Below, in pieces: positions 1-9,602 of a stretch of DNA of 37,556 bases (position 1 is its first letter; every line of letters starts with the position of its first letter). The translations under genes and the position numbers were made by a program. The notes under the pieces were generated by a model. The model did not search any database, was not told the DNA's origin, and worked only from the letters and a program-made list of their open reading frames with translations. This stretch comes from a virus (Duplodnaviria; Caudoviricetes), in the IMG/VR virus record IMGVR_UViG_3300027892_000076, positions 1 to 37,556 of that record. One strand, given 5' to 3'.

Positions 1-735
1 GATGAAAATATAAACAATGAAGATTTTAGTGTAAAACAAAATAAATTCAAATTAAAAATTCCTATGGTCATTAAATCATTACAAGAACTAGAGTCCCACT
101 ATTCGGACTTTACCAAACTAGAAGCTAAAACTGCCGTTGCCTCAATTCAAGGCTTTATGGAAGAAAAAGTTAAAGAGCTTTCTGAAAAATACGCTGCTGA
201 ACTAAAACAAAAAGAAGAAGCCGCTGCCGTTGCTGAAAAAGTAAGAGCCGAACTTGAAGATAGAGCTTCTAATCTCGGAAAAGCTATCGAAGATCTTCAG
301 GCCAAACTACACGAAATCGAAGAAAAACAAGCTGCCACCTTTGCTGAACAAAAATTCAATGACCGCATGGCTTCCTTAGATGAAACTTTCGATCTAGAGG
401 AAGATGATCGTTCTATTCTCGTAGATGAAGTTAAGGCAATGAAGTCAGACGAAGCTTTCTCTTTATTTATGGACAAGCAAAAGAAGCTAATGAAAGAAAA
501 AACAAAATCATATAAAGCTGAAAAAGCTAATTATATGAAACAACAAATGGCTAAAGCTGGCCTTACCGTCGAAATCGACGAAAAAACTTTAGACGTAAAA
601 GAAGTCTTCGCTTCAGTAAAACAAGATTCTTCTAGCGTTCAAATTCCAAATACCCCTGCTATAACAGAAGATTTACGTGAAAAAACCCAAAGAGCTTTCT
701 CTGAAGGAATTTCTGTAGCTGGCGTTAAAAGATAA
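1..735 (+). CDS. Capsid scaffolding protein (ATG at 64); probably the C-terminal part of a longer prohead protease-scaffold gene truncated by the window edge
   Basis: E/K/A-rich coiled-coil 223-aa ORF directly upstream of the decoration and capsid genes. The same frame has no stop from base 1 (DENINNEDFSVKQNKFKLKIP-M). Confidence 0.7.
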   Translation, partial: DENINNEDFSVKQNKFKLKIPMVIKSLQELESHYSDFTKLEAKTAVASIQGFMEEKVKELSEKYAAELKQKEEAAAVAEKVRAELEDRASNLGKAIEDLQAKLHEIEEKQAATFAEQKFNDRMASLDETFDLEEDDRSILVDEVKAMKSDEAFSLFMDKQKKLMKEKTKSYKAEKANYMKQQMAKAGLTVEIDEKTLDVKEVFASVKQDSSSVQIPNTPAITEDLREKTQRAFSEGISVAGVKR

Positions 736-770
736 AAAAAACTAAATATTAGTATAAAATAATAAAAAAT

Positions 771-776
771 AGTGTA
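771..776 (+). promoter_or_regulatory. NGTGTA motif (representative copy; candidate phage late promoter element)
   Basis: Same motif upstream of starts at 28, 771, 2683, 3111, 6786, 10576, 11781, 13827, 26190 and 35166, with variant AGTGTT at 9571. Confidence 0.55.
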
Positions 777-808
777 TCAACTTTCAAACCAATAACTGGA
801 TATAAAAT

Positions 809-1411
809 ATGTCACAACTCAATAATACTTACGTAGACATCCTTCCCTTCAAGCAAGAAAATCCTTGGGGCGTTGTTAACTTCTACTCTCTTAATACCAC
901 TGGCTTTGGTGGTCGTTTCGTTACCGTTCTAACTGGTAATCAAGATCCCGCGCTTTCCGCTGGTGATTTTGCTGCTGTTGGCCCTGGCGCAAGCTTTGAA
1001 GGAGCCGTTAGCTTACGCTACGAGCAACCTCGCAAAGTTCGCTACGCTGCCGCTGGCGACAACAAATACGCAGTTCTCGGCCTAGCCCTAAATGGCACCA
1101 TCGAATTTGACGAACATGGTCGCAAAGTTGTTCTTCTCGATTCTTATGTTAAAGCCGAAAAACAAATCGTCGCTTCTGGCGAAACTGTTCCTGTTGCTAC
1201 CGATGGTATTTATACCCTAAAGCAAGGCGCTTACAGTGGGACTCCTCTTCCTGGCTCTGTTGGTATTATCAATGGTTCTGCTGGTCAAATCACTTTCATT
1301 GCCGCTGCTAACGCCGCTCCTTATATCGGATCTGGTCTAGACATCTGCAAAGTGCTCTCTACTTCTGGTTCTTCTTTCGGTGGATATGTCCAAGTAAAGA
1401 TCAGTCTCTAA
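809..1411 (+). CDS. Putative capsid decoration / minor capsid protein
   Basis: 200-aa G/A/V-rich beta-type protein between scaffold and major capsid gene, with the same high-expression codon style (gct, ggt, ttc, aac). Positional inference. Confidence 0.6.
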   Translation: MSQLNNTYVDILPFKQENPWGVVNFYSLNTTGFGGRFVTVLTGNQDPALSAGDFAAVGPGASFEGAVSLRYEQPRKVRYAAAGDNKYAVLGLALNGTIEFDEHGRKVVLLDSYVKAEKQIVASGETVPVATDGIYTLKQGAYSGTPLPGSVGIINGSAGQITFIAAANAAPYIGSGLDICKVLSTSGSSFGGYVQVKISL

Positions 1412-1447
1412 TCAACATAAGTAGTATAAAAAAATAAATTTATTAAC

Positions 1448-2587
1448 ATGAAAGAACAATACGGAAAAATTTCTATCAAAGCAGGTTCTGACGCTGCTAA
1501 ACTTATCGCTCAACTTGGTTCTCGTAACAAAAATGAATCCCTAGCCGCTCAAGAATCCTTTGCGGCTTTCATGGGTCCAGTTATTCAACAAGTTGTCGAA
1601 CAAGCCCCTGTCGTTGGCAATCTTTACGCCTCTGACACCTATGCCGAAGGCACCGCGCCTTCTGTTCCACTCGATGTTTATTACGATGTAAAAGATCGTA
1701 ACTTCATCAATGTTTGGACCCAATCAATCGCTGGTGGTCTTGCCACTTCCGAAGTTCGTGGTCTTGACGAACTATTCCTAAACACTTATACTCTTGATAC
1801 CGCTGTATCAATGAAGAAAAAGTATGCTCGCGAAGCTCGCGTTAATGTAGTAGCTGCTACTATGAATCGTGTTGCTCAAGAAATTCTTGTCAAACAAGAA
1901 ATCAATGCGGCTAACATTCTTCTAAAAGCCATTGCTGACGCTCAATTTGATAGCGATGAAGATGGCGTAATTGATACCCGTCAAGTTCTTCGCGCTGCTA
2001 CCGCTGGCTCTTTCGGTATGGATGATATCAATCGTCTCTTCACCCTAGCTGCCCGCACCAAACCGTCTTGGTTCGGTGGCACCCCTGTTGGTGGTTCACA
2101 AGGAATCACCCATCTCTTAGTCTCCCCTGAGATCGTAGAGAGCATCCGCGCTATTGCTTACAACCCTGTTAATACCAAAGCTGTTCCAAATACCGATGAA
2201 TCAACCGTTCTCGCCGCTACCGACTCTGTTCGTAACGGAGTTTGGAATCTAGCTGGTACCCCCAGCTTCTTTGGTGTTGAGCTAGTTGTAGCTTACGAAA
2301 TGGGCAAAGGTCGTCGTTACAATAAAGTATTCGCGAAATATGCCGCTTCTACTAGCTATGCTGGTTCTGCCTTCACCCAAGCTAACGAACAAATCATCGT
2401 TGGTCTTAACCTCGCTGGCACCAATCCGCTCGTTAAACTTAGCGAAGCTGGTGCGGAAGGTCAAACCTTCAGCCTATCACCAGACGATCAGTTCTTAAAT
2501 CGTCAAGATACCATTGGTTTCTATGGTTCAACCCGCGAAGGTCGCGCTATCCTAGATAGCCGTGGCTTAGTTGGTCTAATCTCGTAA
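1448..2587 (+). CDS. Major capsid protein (HK97-fold expected)
   Basis: 379 aa, strong high-expression codon bias, follows scaffold and decoration genes, followed by a terminator. Contains P-domain-like 'ITHLLVSPEIVESIR' and C-terminal 'IGFYGSTREGRAILD'. Confidence 0.85.
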   Translation: MKEQYGKISIKAGSDAAKLIAQLGSRNKNESLAAQESFAAFMGPVIQQVVEQAPVVGNLYASDTYAEGTAPSVPLDVYYDVKDRNFINVWTQSIAGGLATSEVRGLDELFLNTYTLDTAVSMKKKYAREARVNVVAATMNRVAQEILVKQEINAANILLKAIADAQFDSDEDGVIDTRQVLRAATAGSFGMDDINRLFTLAARTKPSWFGGTPVGGSQGITHLLVSPEIVESIRAIAYNPVNTKAVPNTDESTVLAATDSVRNGVWNLAGTPSFFGVELVVAYEMGKGRRYNKVFAKYAASTSYAGSAFTQANEQIIVGLNLAGTNPLVKLSEAGAEGQTFSLSPDDQFLNRQDTIGFYGSTREGRAILDSRGLVGLIS

Positions 2588-2610
2588 TAGAGTTAAAAAA
2601 CTAAAAATTA

Positions 2611-2640
2611 ATCTCCACTCAAAAGGTGGGGATTTTTTTT
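2611..2640 (+). terminator. Rho-independent terminator after the capsid gene
   Basis: ATCTCCAC-TCAAAAG-GTGGGGAT hairpin followed by a T run. Confidence 0.8.
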
Positions 2641-2739
2641 GTTTATTTTTTAATAAATAAAGGTATAAATTTATTGACTTTGCGTGTAATTAGCAATGCT
2701 AAGTATAACTATAAAGGAAAAAGGAAAAAAGGAAAAAAT

Positions 2740-3099
2740 ATGGTACGCACAAAAAAACTCGCTTCTAAAATCGCTACAGGAAATGTTGAAATTCAGGGTC
2801 CAGAGGACTCAATTTATTCACTAGTTGGATATAGTCAATTCCCATACAAGCAAGACACTCAAGCTGAATATGAGTCTTTTATAAGAGAAATGAATCTTGC
2901 TGATTTGCAACGTCACGCAGTTCAACAAGGTGTTATTCCAAACGCTGTATCTAGGGCGGTATTGACCGATAGATTGGTTACTAAGTTCTTGAAAGCAAAA
3001 TTTGCATTCGTTAATGTAAAGAATACGAACCCAGTAACCGCAAAATTACCAAAAAAAGACGAAGAAGATATTGCTAATTTGTTAGCTCGCGGACGTTAA
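2740..3099 (+). CDS. Hypothetical protein (119 aa)
   Basis: ATG at 2740 follows purine-rich GGAAAAAGGAAAAAAGGAAAAAAT. The longer GTG start at 2626 lies inside the terminator. Confidence 0.7.
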   Translation: MVRTKKLASKIATGNVEIQGPEDSIYSLVGYSQFPYKQDTQAEYESFIREMNLADLQRHAVQQGVIPNAVSRAVLTDRLVTKFLKAKFAFVNVKNTNPVTAKLPKKDEEDIANLLARGR

Positions 3100-3125
3100 T
3101 TTAATTATTTAGTGTATCACTCAGA

Positions 3126-3632
3126 ATGAATTGTAATTATATTTCTGGGCTGGCAAATGAAATCTACGGGGAGATAGGATCACCTTCTTCTACTAGCGTT
3201 TCTTTTATTAGTGGCAAACTACTCAGCGATTCATTCTTGGGGCAGCTTGGCGCACTAACATATAAATGCTACACAAAAGAAAGTGGATGCGTTAGTCCAG
3301 CTTTAGATCCTGGTGAGCAAGCTATTTCTTTCTTGCTTTATATTGGAAATTATTACAAAAAAGAAGTTTTAAATTATCTTGGTGCCGCTGGTGTGAAAAG
3401 AGTTTTAAGTGTTAGAGAAGGCGATAGTTCAATATCTCTTTCTAATAGCACAACAGAGGCAAAACTAATTAGAGATTTAGCAAAAGACTATACCGAACAA
3501 GCTAAAGAAGCTGCTGATTTATATAACCGTGGCTTATCTACTGCTAGACAAGTTCAATTTTACACAATAGACCAATATTCTACTGCTAACGGCTCTGAAA
3601 ATCAATATGGTCCTCAACTGGGAAGACAATAA
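3126..3632 (+). CDS. Putative head-tail adaptor/connector protein
   Basis: 168-aa mostly helical protein after the capsid genes, with an 'SVREGDSSIS' beta-hairpin segment reminiscent of SPP1 gp15/HK97 gp6-type adaptors. Confidence 0.55.
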   Translation: MNCNYISGLANEIYGEIGSPSSTSVSFISGKLLSDSFLGQLGALTYKCYTKESGCVSPALDPGEQAISFLLYIGNYYKKEVLNYLGAAGVKRVLSVREGDSSISLSNSTTEAKLIRDLAKDYTEQAKEAADLYNRGLSTARQVQFYTIDQYSTANGSENQYGPQLGRQ

Positions 3633-3635
3633 GTT

Positions 3636-4802
3636 GTGTATAATTTTTATAATGTAGCTTTATTTGTTTCTTCTGGGGACTCTTTTTCTAACCAGACTGC
3701 TACTGGCGCAATAAATCAACTTTCAAGAATACAATCTTTTGATTTTTCAATTGATTTCAATAGGGAATTAGTTCAATATACTGATTTATCTTTTGAAAAT
3801 GCAAAAAATAAAGCTCCAATAGTTAATTTTAATTATAACTATTTAGTTACAAATGGACAAAATGAAAAAAAGGTTGGTTTGCTGGTCAATAGAACAGGCG
3901 AATCACTTTTTAAAAATCTAAATACAGAAAAAAATTTCTATCTTTTAGCATCTAATAATAATAAAGAGCCAAATTTATCCAATATAGGTAGTTGTAATAT
4001 ATTTGGCCTTGGCAATTGTCTTATTAACGAATATTTAGTAACAGCGGAAGTTGGTAAGTTTGTAGTTTCAAACGTAAATGGACAAGCACTAAATGTAGAT
4101 TCTTATACTGGAAATCCAATCAATTTAACTAGTCCTGCTTTAGCCGATAATGGACAACTTTATGGAAATCAGTTCTCTATAAGATCTGGAAGTTCTTTGT
4201 TTAATGAAAACGGAAGTTTTCCAGATCAAATTTCCGCTCTTTCTCATGGTGATATAATGATGGAAATTCCAATTGATTTTGGATTTGCAACTCATATGTC
4301 TGGATCAAATTCCTGTCTTTTGCAAAACTTTACATTAAGAATTGGAATCCAACGGGATGAAAATTATATAATGGGAAAATATTCGCCAAATAGACAAATG
4401 AAGATGCCAGTATCAATTGATCTTTCGGCGGATATTATTTTAACAAAGTTACAGCAAGATTCTTTGGCGAGAGGTTGTTATGATGAATCAAAAGACATAA
4501 AGATAATAATCAAAAAACCATGCACTGATTTTTTGGCTATAGAATATTTTATAAAAGGATTAAAATTAACTACAGTTTCTTTTTCGTCCAGTATATCAAA
4601 TAGAATTGTTGGTTCTTTTTCTTGGAAAGGTTATGTAACTGACTTTAATTCTTCTAAATTAAATGTTTATGCTACCGAAGCTTTTGATAATAATTCACCC
4701 TCTTCTTATGTTCTTGATTATTGCAGTTCAATAACTGGTACAGATGAATTTGGTCAGCAATTCATTTCGGAAGAATGTTTTTATAAGAGGATACAAACTT
4801 GA
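3636..4802 (+). CDS. Tail-tube-like protein, paralogue 1 (GTG start)
   Basis: Aligns by eye with 10613..11728: LSRIQSFDFSIDFNR vs VPRAQSFSHDFTINR, FGLGNCLIN vs VSLGNASVS, ISALSHGDI vs ISAIKPGDV, and a shared C...PC motif. Confidence 0.65.
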   Translation: MYNFYNVALFVSSGDSFSNQTATGAINQLSRIQSFDFSIDFNRELVQYTDLSFENAKNKAPIVNFNYNYLVTNGQNEKKVGLLVNRTGESLFKNLNTEKNFYLLASNNNKEPNLSNIGSCNIFGLGNCLINEYLVTAEVGKFVVSNVNGQALNVDSYTGNPINLTSPALADNGQLYGNQFSIRSGSSLFNENGSFPDQISALSHGDIMMEIPIDFGFATHMSGSNSCLLQNFTLRIGIQRDENYIMGKYSPNRQMKMPVSIDLSADIILTKLQQDSLARGCYDESKDIKIIIKKPCTDFLAIEYFIKGLKLTTVSFSSSISNRIVGSFSWKGYVTDFNSSKLNVYATEAFDNNSPSSYVLDYCSSITGTDEFGQQFISEECFYKRIQT

Positions 4803-5935
4803 TTACTTATATTCCAACTGGTAAAGAATATTTGCCTTATGGGTACTGGGGCGGATTTGAGAATGCGCGTGGTCATGATTTTGTTTCTTTTGGACCTAAT
4901 CAAACTGGTATTCCATTAACTAGTGGTCAACTTTTTACTGGTTTTTGGGGAGGATATTTTCAAAATAATGAGATAAAAGTAAGAAAACTTGAAAATAATG
5001 AATTCCCAAGAAAAAACTTTACTGGAACTAAGATTGATTGGCTTGGTAATAACTTAGCTTCTTCCAATATAGATAGATTTACAAATTTCTCGATGTGTTT
5101 TGATAATTCTGGAATTCCAGTAATTGCTCTTCAAGACAACGGAGATTCTAATGTTGGATACGCTGGGAAACCAGAAGTTAGAGTTTTTTCTTTAATCAGC
5201 GGAAGTTTATTTCAAACTGGTTGGAATGGTGAATCACCAACCTTAGTTAATTCAACAAACTTAAATAATTATAGTTTTGTAACTGGAAGAGATCTTGAAT
5301 TTAGGACAGGTCAATTTACATGTTTTTACAAAAAGGGTAATCTTTTAGCAAAAAGATATGGGACAAACAGATGGAATAGGGAAATGATAGTAACTGGCGT
5401 ATCTACTAGTGGTTTAGATTTTATTACAAAATCTAGCTTTTGGACATCCAATGAGCAATCCTCGCAAAAACCACCAAGCCAGTTGTTAATGCTTTCTTCG
5501 TCCAAAGACGGTCAAGTAATAAAAGTTACTTCTACTAAAAAATATTTTGATTTTATATTAGAAGATTTTAATATTTACGATACTGGGAAGAGATTATTTT
5601 TTGAGAGTGGAGTAGGAAAAACAAAAGATATTTATTATTTAAAACAAGTTGCTGGTTACATAAAAAACAATAATACTTATTTTAATGATGGATTTGATCT
5701 ATATCAAACTGGATCTTTAACTGGTCAATCATTTTTTGTTTCTGGATTTGTTTCTGGTAACACCCTTGGTAATTTATCTATTCAGAATTCTTTAACATAT
5801 GGAGAAAATGTTTCGGGTAGTGATATACTTTCTAGAAAATACATCGGTTATATAGTAAAATTTTATTCTGGTGCAATAAATTCTGGATCAAATGATTTTA
5901 ATTTTACAGACTTTAATTCTATAGATTTTTATTAA
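4799..5935 (+). CDS. Hypothetical virion structural protein (TTG start), beta-rich and [S/T]G-rich
   Basis: 378-aa ORF with a 4-bp overlap with the upstream stop, inside the structural operon. Confidence 0.6.
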   Translation: MITYIPTGKEYLPYGYWGGFENARGHDFVSFGPNQTGIPLTSGQLFTGFWGGYFQNNEIKVRKLENNEFPRKNFTGTKIDWLGNNLASSNIDRFTNFSMCFDNSGIPVIALQDNGDSNVGYAGKPEVRVFSLISGSLFQTGWNGESPTLVNSTNLNNYSFVTGRDLEFRTGQFTCFYKKGNLLAKRYGTNRWNREMIVTGVSTSGLDFITKSSFWTSNEQSSQKPPSQLLMLSSSKDGQVIKVTSTKKYFDFILEDFNIYDTGKRLFFESGVGKTKDIYYLKQVAGYIKNNNTYFNDGFDLYQTGSLTGQSFFVSGFVSGNTLGNLSIQNSLTYGENVSGSDILSRKYIGYIVKFYSGAINSGSNDFNFTDFNSIDFY

Positions 5936-5936
5936 T

Positions 5937-6746
5937 ATGGCTACAATTTTCGAGAGAGTTCCTTTAAGCGGAGAAAACTGTTTAATTCTAGATTCAAAAG
6001 AATCTCTTTCATATCCATTCGATCTTGGAAATTGGGAAAGAATAAGAGTTGGGGTTGCACTCTCTTTAACAAGTTGGTCACAACTAAATGGAGGAATAGA
6101 ACCAGAGCAAATTGAAAATGCGGGGAGATATGATTATACAAGAAGTTTTTACTTTGGAATAAAAACAAATAATGAATCTTATCCCGATTCGAATAAATGC
6201 TCTTATATCGGAGTTGGAAGTGAAAATGTAGCACCTCCATATTATAATAATAGCCCTCTTACATTATATACTTATAATAATGGTCAAACGTGTGAAATTT
6301 ATTATGCAGTTCCAGTTATTGTACCTAGTGGAAATTTTAATGAGCAACCCGCATATACTAATTATACCCAGATAAAATTGCCTCCTACTATTAATCAAAG
6401 TGGACTAAATTCTTATTTTTGTAATATGTTTTGTTTGGAAATTAAAATAAAAAATAGAGGAACATCAAATCAATCTTATTCTATTGCTATGAAGTTTCAT
6501 CAAAATGATGCTGAATCTCAGGCAAATGGTGCTCCACCCTTTGCTTTGAATTTTCCATCTTTAAGCCAAATGAGAAAAGACTTAGCTAATATTGCATTTA
6601 CTTCATCTCCAGATACTGGTTATTTTACATCTACTTTTAATAATTCGGGAACACCAGCGCCAATACCTGATGCTTTATATATTCACAATCCATTTCTCTT
6701 CAATAGATTAAGGGTACATGGAATATTAATCGAAAAGTATTCTTAA
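5937..6746 (+). CDS. Hypothetical virion protein, paralogue A of a tandem pair
   Basis: 269 aa, clearly homologous to 6823..7626 (MATIF.RVP.SG..CL.L..KESL.YPFD.G.W ... PAPIPD..YI.NPF..NRL..H.ILIEKY). Confidence 0.75.
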   Translation: MATIFERVPLSGENCLILDSKESLSYPFDLGNWERIRVGVALSLTSWSQLNGGIEPEQIENAGRYDYTRSFYFGIKTNNESYPDSNKCSYIGVGSENVAPPYYNNSPLTLYTYNNGQTCEIYYAVPVIVPSGNFNEQPAYTNYTQIKLPPTINQSGLNSYFCNMFCLEIKIKNRGTSNQSYSIAMKFHQNDAESQANGAPPFALNFPSLSQMRKDLANIAFTSSPDTGYFTSTFNNSGTPAPIPDALYIHNPFLFNRLRVHGILIEKYS

Positions 6747-6822
6747 TGATAAGATTATTTATTTATAAATAAGAAAAATAACAAAAGTGTATTAACATGT
6801 ATAACGTATAATTTTTATTGAT

Positions 6823-7626
6823 ATGGCTACAATTTTCGATAGGGTTCCTGCCAGTGGGCATAAATGCTTGGTTTTAGAACCAAAGGAATCTCTTGTCTAT
6901 CCATTTGACTTCGGAGACTGGGAGGAGATCAGAGTTTGTGTTGCGCTTTCTTTGGCAAATGTATCTGGATTTGATCAAACTTTGCAAAACGAATCAATTG
7001 TTGGTATTTATAAAGAAGATTATGCAAAAAATTTTTATTTAGGAATAAAATCAAATAATGAATTTTATCCGAATAAAGATTCATGTTCTTATATAGGTAT
7101 TGGACCACGAATTTCTTCTTTAGGAGAGTCTTTCAATCTTAATGCTAGTATATCATATTATAATAACTCTATTGGCTACGGTTATGCTAATGTAAGTGCT
7201 TCAATTATACCAAGCGGAGCAACTGGATATAATTTTAACTTTAGTTATAATGATTTATCGACTATAATAATGCCATCACCATTTACTCTGACTGGAGAGC
7301 TAAAACTACTAGATACATATTTTTGTAATGTATTTGGAATAAAAATAAAAATAAAAGATAAAGGAACATCTAATCAAAATTTTTCTATTACTATGTTCAA
7401 TAATAATGATCAACAAGATGATCTTTTGCAGTTTCCTTCTTTACAAAACATGAAAGTTGCTCTGGGTACAATGATTGGTTCTAGTAATGAATTAACTGGA
7501 TTTTTTACATCAACATACAACAACTCAGGAGTTCCGGCTCCGATTCCTGACTCATTTTATATCTCAAACCCTTTTAATTTAAATAGATTAATGATTCACA
7601 ACATCTTAATAGAAAAATACGCTTAA
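6823..7626 (+). CDS. Hypothetical virion protein, paralogue B of a tandem pair
   Basis: 267 aa, homologous to 5937..6746; preceded by its own AGTGTA motif. Confidence 0.75.
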   Translation: MATIFDRVPASGHKCLVLEPKESLVYPFDFGDWEEIRVCVALSLANVSGFDQTLQNESIVGIYKEDYAKNFYLGIKSNNEFYPNKDSCSYIGIGPRISSLGESFNLNASISYYNNSIGYGYANVSASIIPSGATGYNFNFSYNDLSTIIMPSPFTLTGELKLLDTYFCNVFGIKIKIKDKGTSNQNFSITMFNNNDQQDDLLQFPSLQNMKVALGTMIGSSNELTGFFTSTYNNSGVPAPIPDSFYISNPFNLNRLMIHNILIEKYA

Positions 7627-7630
7627 TCAT

Positions 7631-8101
7631 ATGGCTTCTTTATTTACACTGCAAGAAAAAAATGACTTGGCATCGCTAATCGCTGATGTTGCTGATACTT
7701 GGGATAGAGATATTATAGTTTACAAGTCTCCAACTGAAATAGTTGCATTTTCAAATGAAGAATCTTTTAATAGATTTTCTAGAAATAATCAAAACTTACT
7801 AACTAATCCGCAAAATAATTTCTCAAGATCAATTATAAAGGGTAGAGTTTTATATGATCAAAAACTAAAAGATTCATTTTTAACTCCATATGTTGGAGGT
7901 TCAGAAGATGAAGCTCAGTTAAAATTAAAAAATATTGATGGAATAGCTAGAATAAAAATAAAAAAAGAATTTTATGATATTTTTAGCGAAGCAAGACAAT
8001 TGGAATTAGATGGATTTAGATTTAACGTGGAAGGAATTGGAAGACCGCATGGTTTATTCGATATTGATTATTATACATTTTACTTGAAGATAATAAAATG
8101 A
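7631..8101 (+). CDS. Putative head-closure (stopper) protein
   Basis: 156 aa with beta-barrel-like 'LELDGFRFNVEG...YYTFYLK'; first of three coupled neck-region genes. Positional inference. Confidence 0.45.
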   Translation: MASLFTLQEKNDLASLIADVADTWDRDIIVYKSPTEIVAFSNEESFNRFSRNNQNLLTNPQNNFSRSIIKGRVLYDQKLKDSFLTPYVGGSEDEAQLKLKNIDGIARIKIKKEFYDIFSEARQLELDGFRFNVEGIGRPHGLFDIDYYTFYLKIIK

Positions 8102-8718
8102 ACCCGCAGCAAATACTAAAAGAAATAAATTCACAAGCTGGGCGTATCTTAATAAAAGAAGCCGAGGAAAAAGTTCGTTTAGAAATTTTTGAACCAGCAG
8201 TTTATCAAATGCAAGACGATTTTACAAATCATCCGGTCACGCAGGAAATAGAAGCTGGCCCAACAGCGGAAAATATCAGTAATACGATAGTTGGGGTTCG
8301 TGGGGAAAGTGCAAATTTATTTTCTTTTATTGGGTTTGAAAATGGTAGCAATCCAATTTATCCTGTTTATGAAATTTTGAATGAAGGAAATCCTTCGGGA
8401 CCAAAAATGAAATATGTTCGTGGTTCACAGGAAGATAATTTAGTTTTCGATTTTGTGTTTACTGCGCCAGATCAAGAAGCAATTTTTGATGCCAGTCCGA
8501 TGCCTTGGGCTGAAGGAATATCTTGGACAGATAGAATTGAGAAAGGTATTCCAGGTATAAAGAAATTTATTTCAAAAATTGGCAAAGGAAGATCAGAGGG
8601 CGGTACTCAGAGTAGAAATTCACTAAAAAATAGTGCTACATTCAGAAGCACTTCTTACATAACTCAAATTTTAAAAAATTTTATAGAAAACGTAAAGGGA
8701 TCAAATAATAAAGTATGA
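8098..8718 (+). CDS. Putative neck / tail-completion protein
   Basis: 206 aa with ATGA overlaps at both ends, located between the putative stopper and terminator genes. Confidence 0.4.
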   Translation: MNPQQILKEINSQAGRILIKEAEEKVRLEIFEPAVYQMQDDFTNHPVTQEIEAGPTAENISNTIVGVRGESANLFSFIGFENGSNPIYPVYEILNEGNPSGPKMKYVRGSQEDNLVFDFVFTAPDQEAIFDASPMPWAEGISWTDRIEKGIPGIKKFISKIGKGRSEGGTQSRNSLKNSATFRSTSYITQILKNFIENVKGSNNKV

Positions 8719-9566
8719 AAAATCAATTTTTATCAGATGCAAAAGCATCTTTTTTGTTTTGGGCTGAAAATTCATTATTGAATGAAGCTTCTGCTTATAT
8801 AAATCACTCCTCTAAGTTATTTTACAATAAAGACTTGAGATTAAATGGGTATGAATCTTACTCATCTCCATTTAAGCAATGGGTTTATGATAAAGGTGTT
8901 TCTGGCGCGAATGTTTCCTCTGGAGTGTATTTTTCTAATAACTTCTTAAATAAACAAAGTGGGATCAAAATAGATTATGATAATGGAAGAGTTTTAATAC
9001 CTTCAAGTTATGGAACAGGACTTAATCTAACTGGAAGTTATTCTTTTAAAGAATATAATTTTTACTTATCAAATGAGACAGAGGAAGTAATTTTAACGAC
9101 TTCTAAGTTTTATCTAAATTCAAGATATGATTTAAATCCAACGGGGGCGATAGAGCCATATTCTTTTGTGACACCAGCAATTTTTATAAATGCATTATCA
9201 AATGAAAATTCTCCATATGCTCTTGGTGGTCAAAAACAAACAAAAGTTTCAATATCTATGATAGTTTTTTCTGAAACGATGGACGGCATTGATGAAGTTA
9301 TGTCATTTTTCGTTGATAAGAAAAATAAATGGATTCCGTTTATAAGCAAGAATCTTGACCCAATAAATCCATTCGGAGATGTAAAGACAGGAATGTATCC
9401 AAGTGGGTATAATTACAAGCAAATGACTTCATCTGCTGAAAACTTAAAAGATTTCTTATATATAGAATCTGTTAGAGGATCTAAATTAAGTGATTCTTTT
9501 AAGACAAACGAATCTAATTTCGTAGGAATCATAGATTTTCAGCTTACTAAAGAAAGATTTACATAA
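8715..9566 (+). CDS. Putative tail terminator / tail-completion protein
   Basis: 283 aa immediately before the tail tube genes, with 'TPAIFI...ISMIVFSE' and C-terminal 'GIIDFQL' strands compatible with terminator folds. Positional inference. Confidence 0.45.
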   Translation: MKNQFLSDAKASFLFWAENSLLNEASAYINHSSKLFYNKDLRLNGYESYSSPFKQWVYDKGVSGANVSSGVYFSNNFLNKQSGIKIDYDNGRVLIPSSYGTGLNLTGSYSFKEYNFYLSNETEEVILTTSKFYLNSRYDLNPTGAIEPYSFVTPAIFINALSNENSPYALGGQKQTKVSISMIVFSETMDGIDEVMSFFVDKKNKWIPFISKNLDPINPFGDVKTGMYPSGYNYKQMTSSAENLKDFLYIESVRGSKLSDSFKTNESNFVGIIDFQLTKERFT

Positions 9567-9602
9567 AAAAAGTGTTATTATTAAAAACAAGATTTAAAAA
9601 TT

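Noticed and set aside
2674-2709. Sigma70 promoter TTGACT...TATAAC
   Set aside because: The spacer is 24 nt, too long for a canonical promoter.
2626-2739. Longer GTG-started version of the ORF ending at 3099
   Set aside because: The start lies inside the terminator hairpin and the extension is low-complexity intergenic sequence; ATG 2740 has a purine-rich leader.
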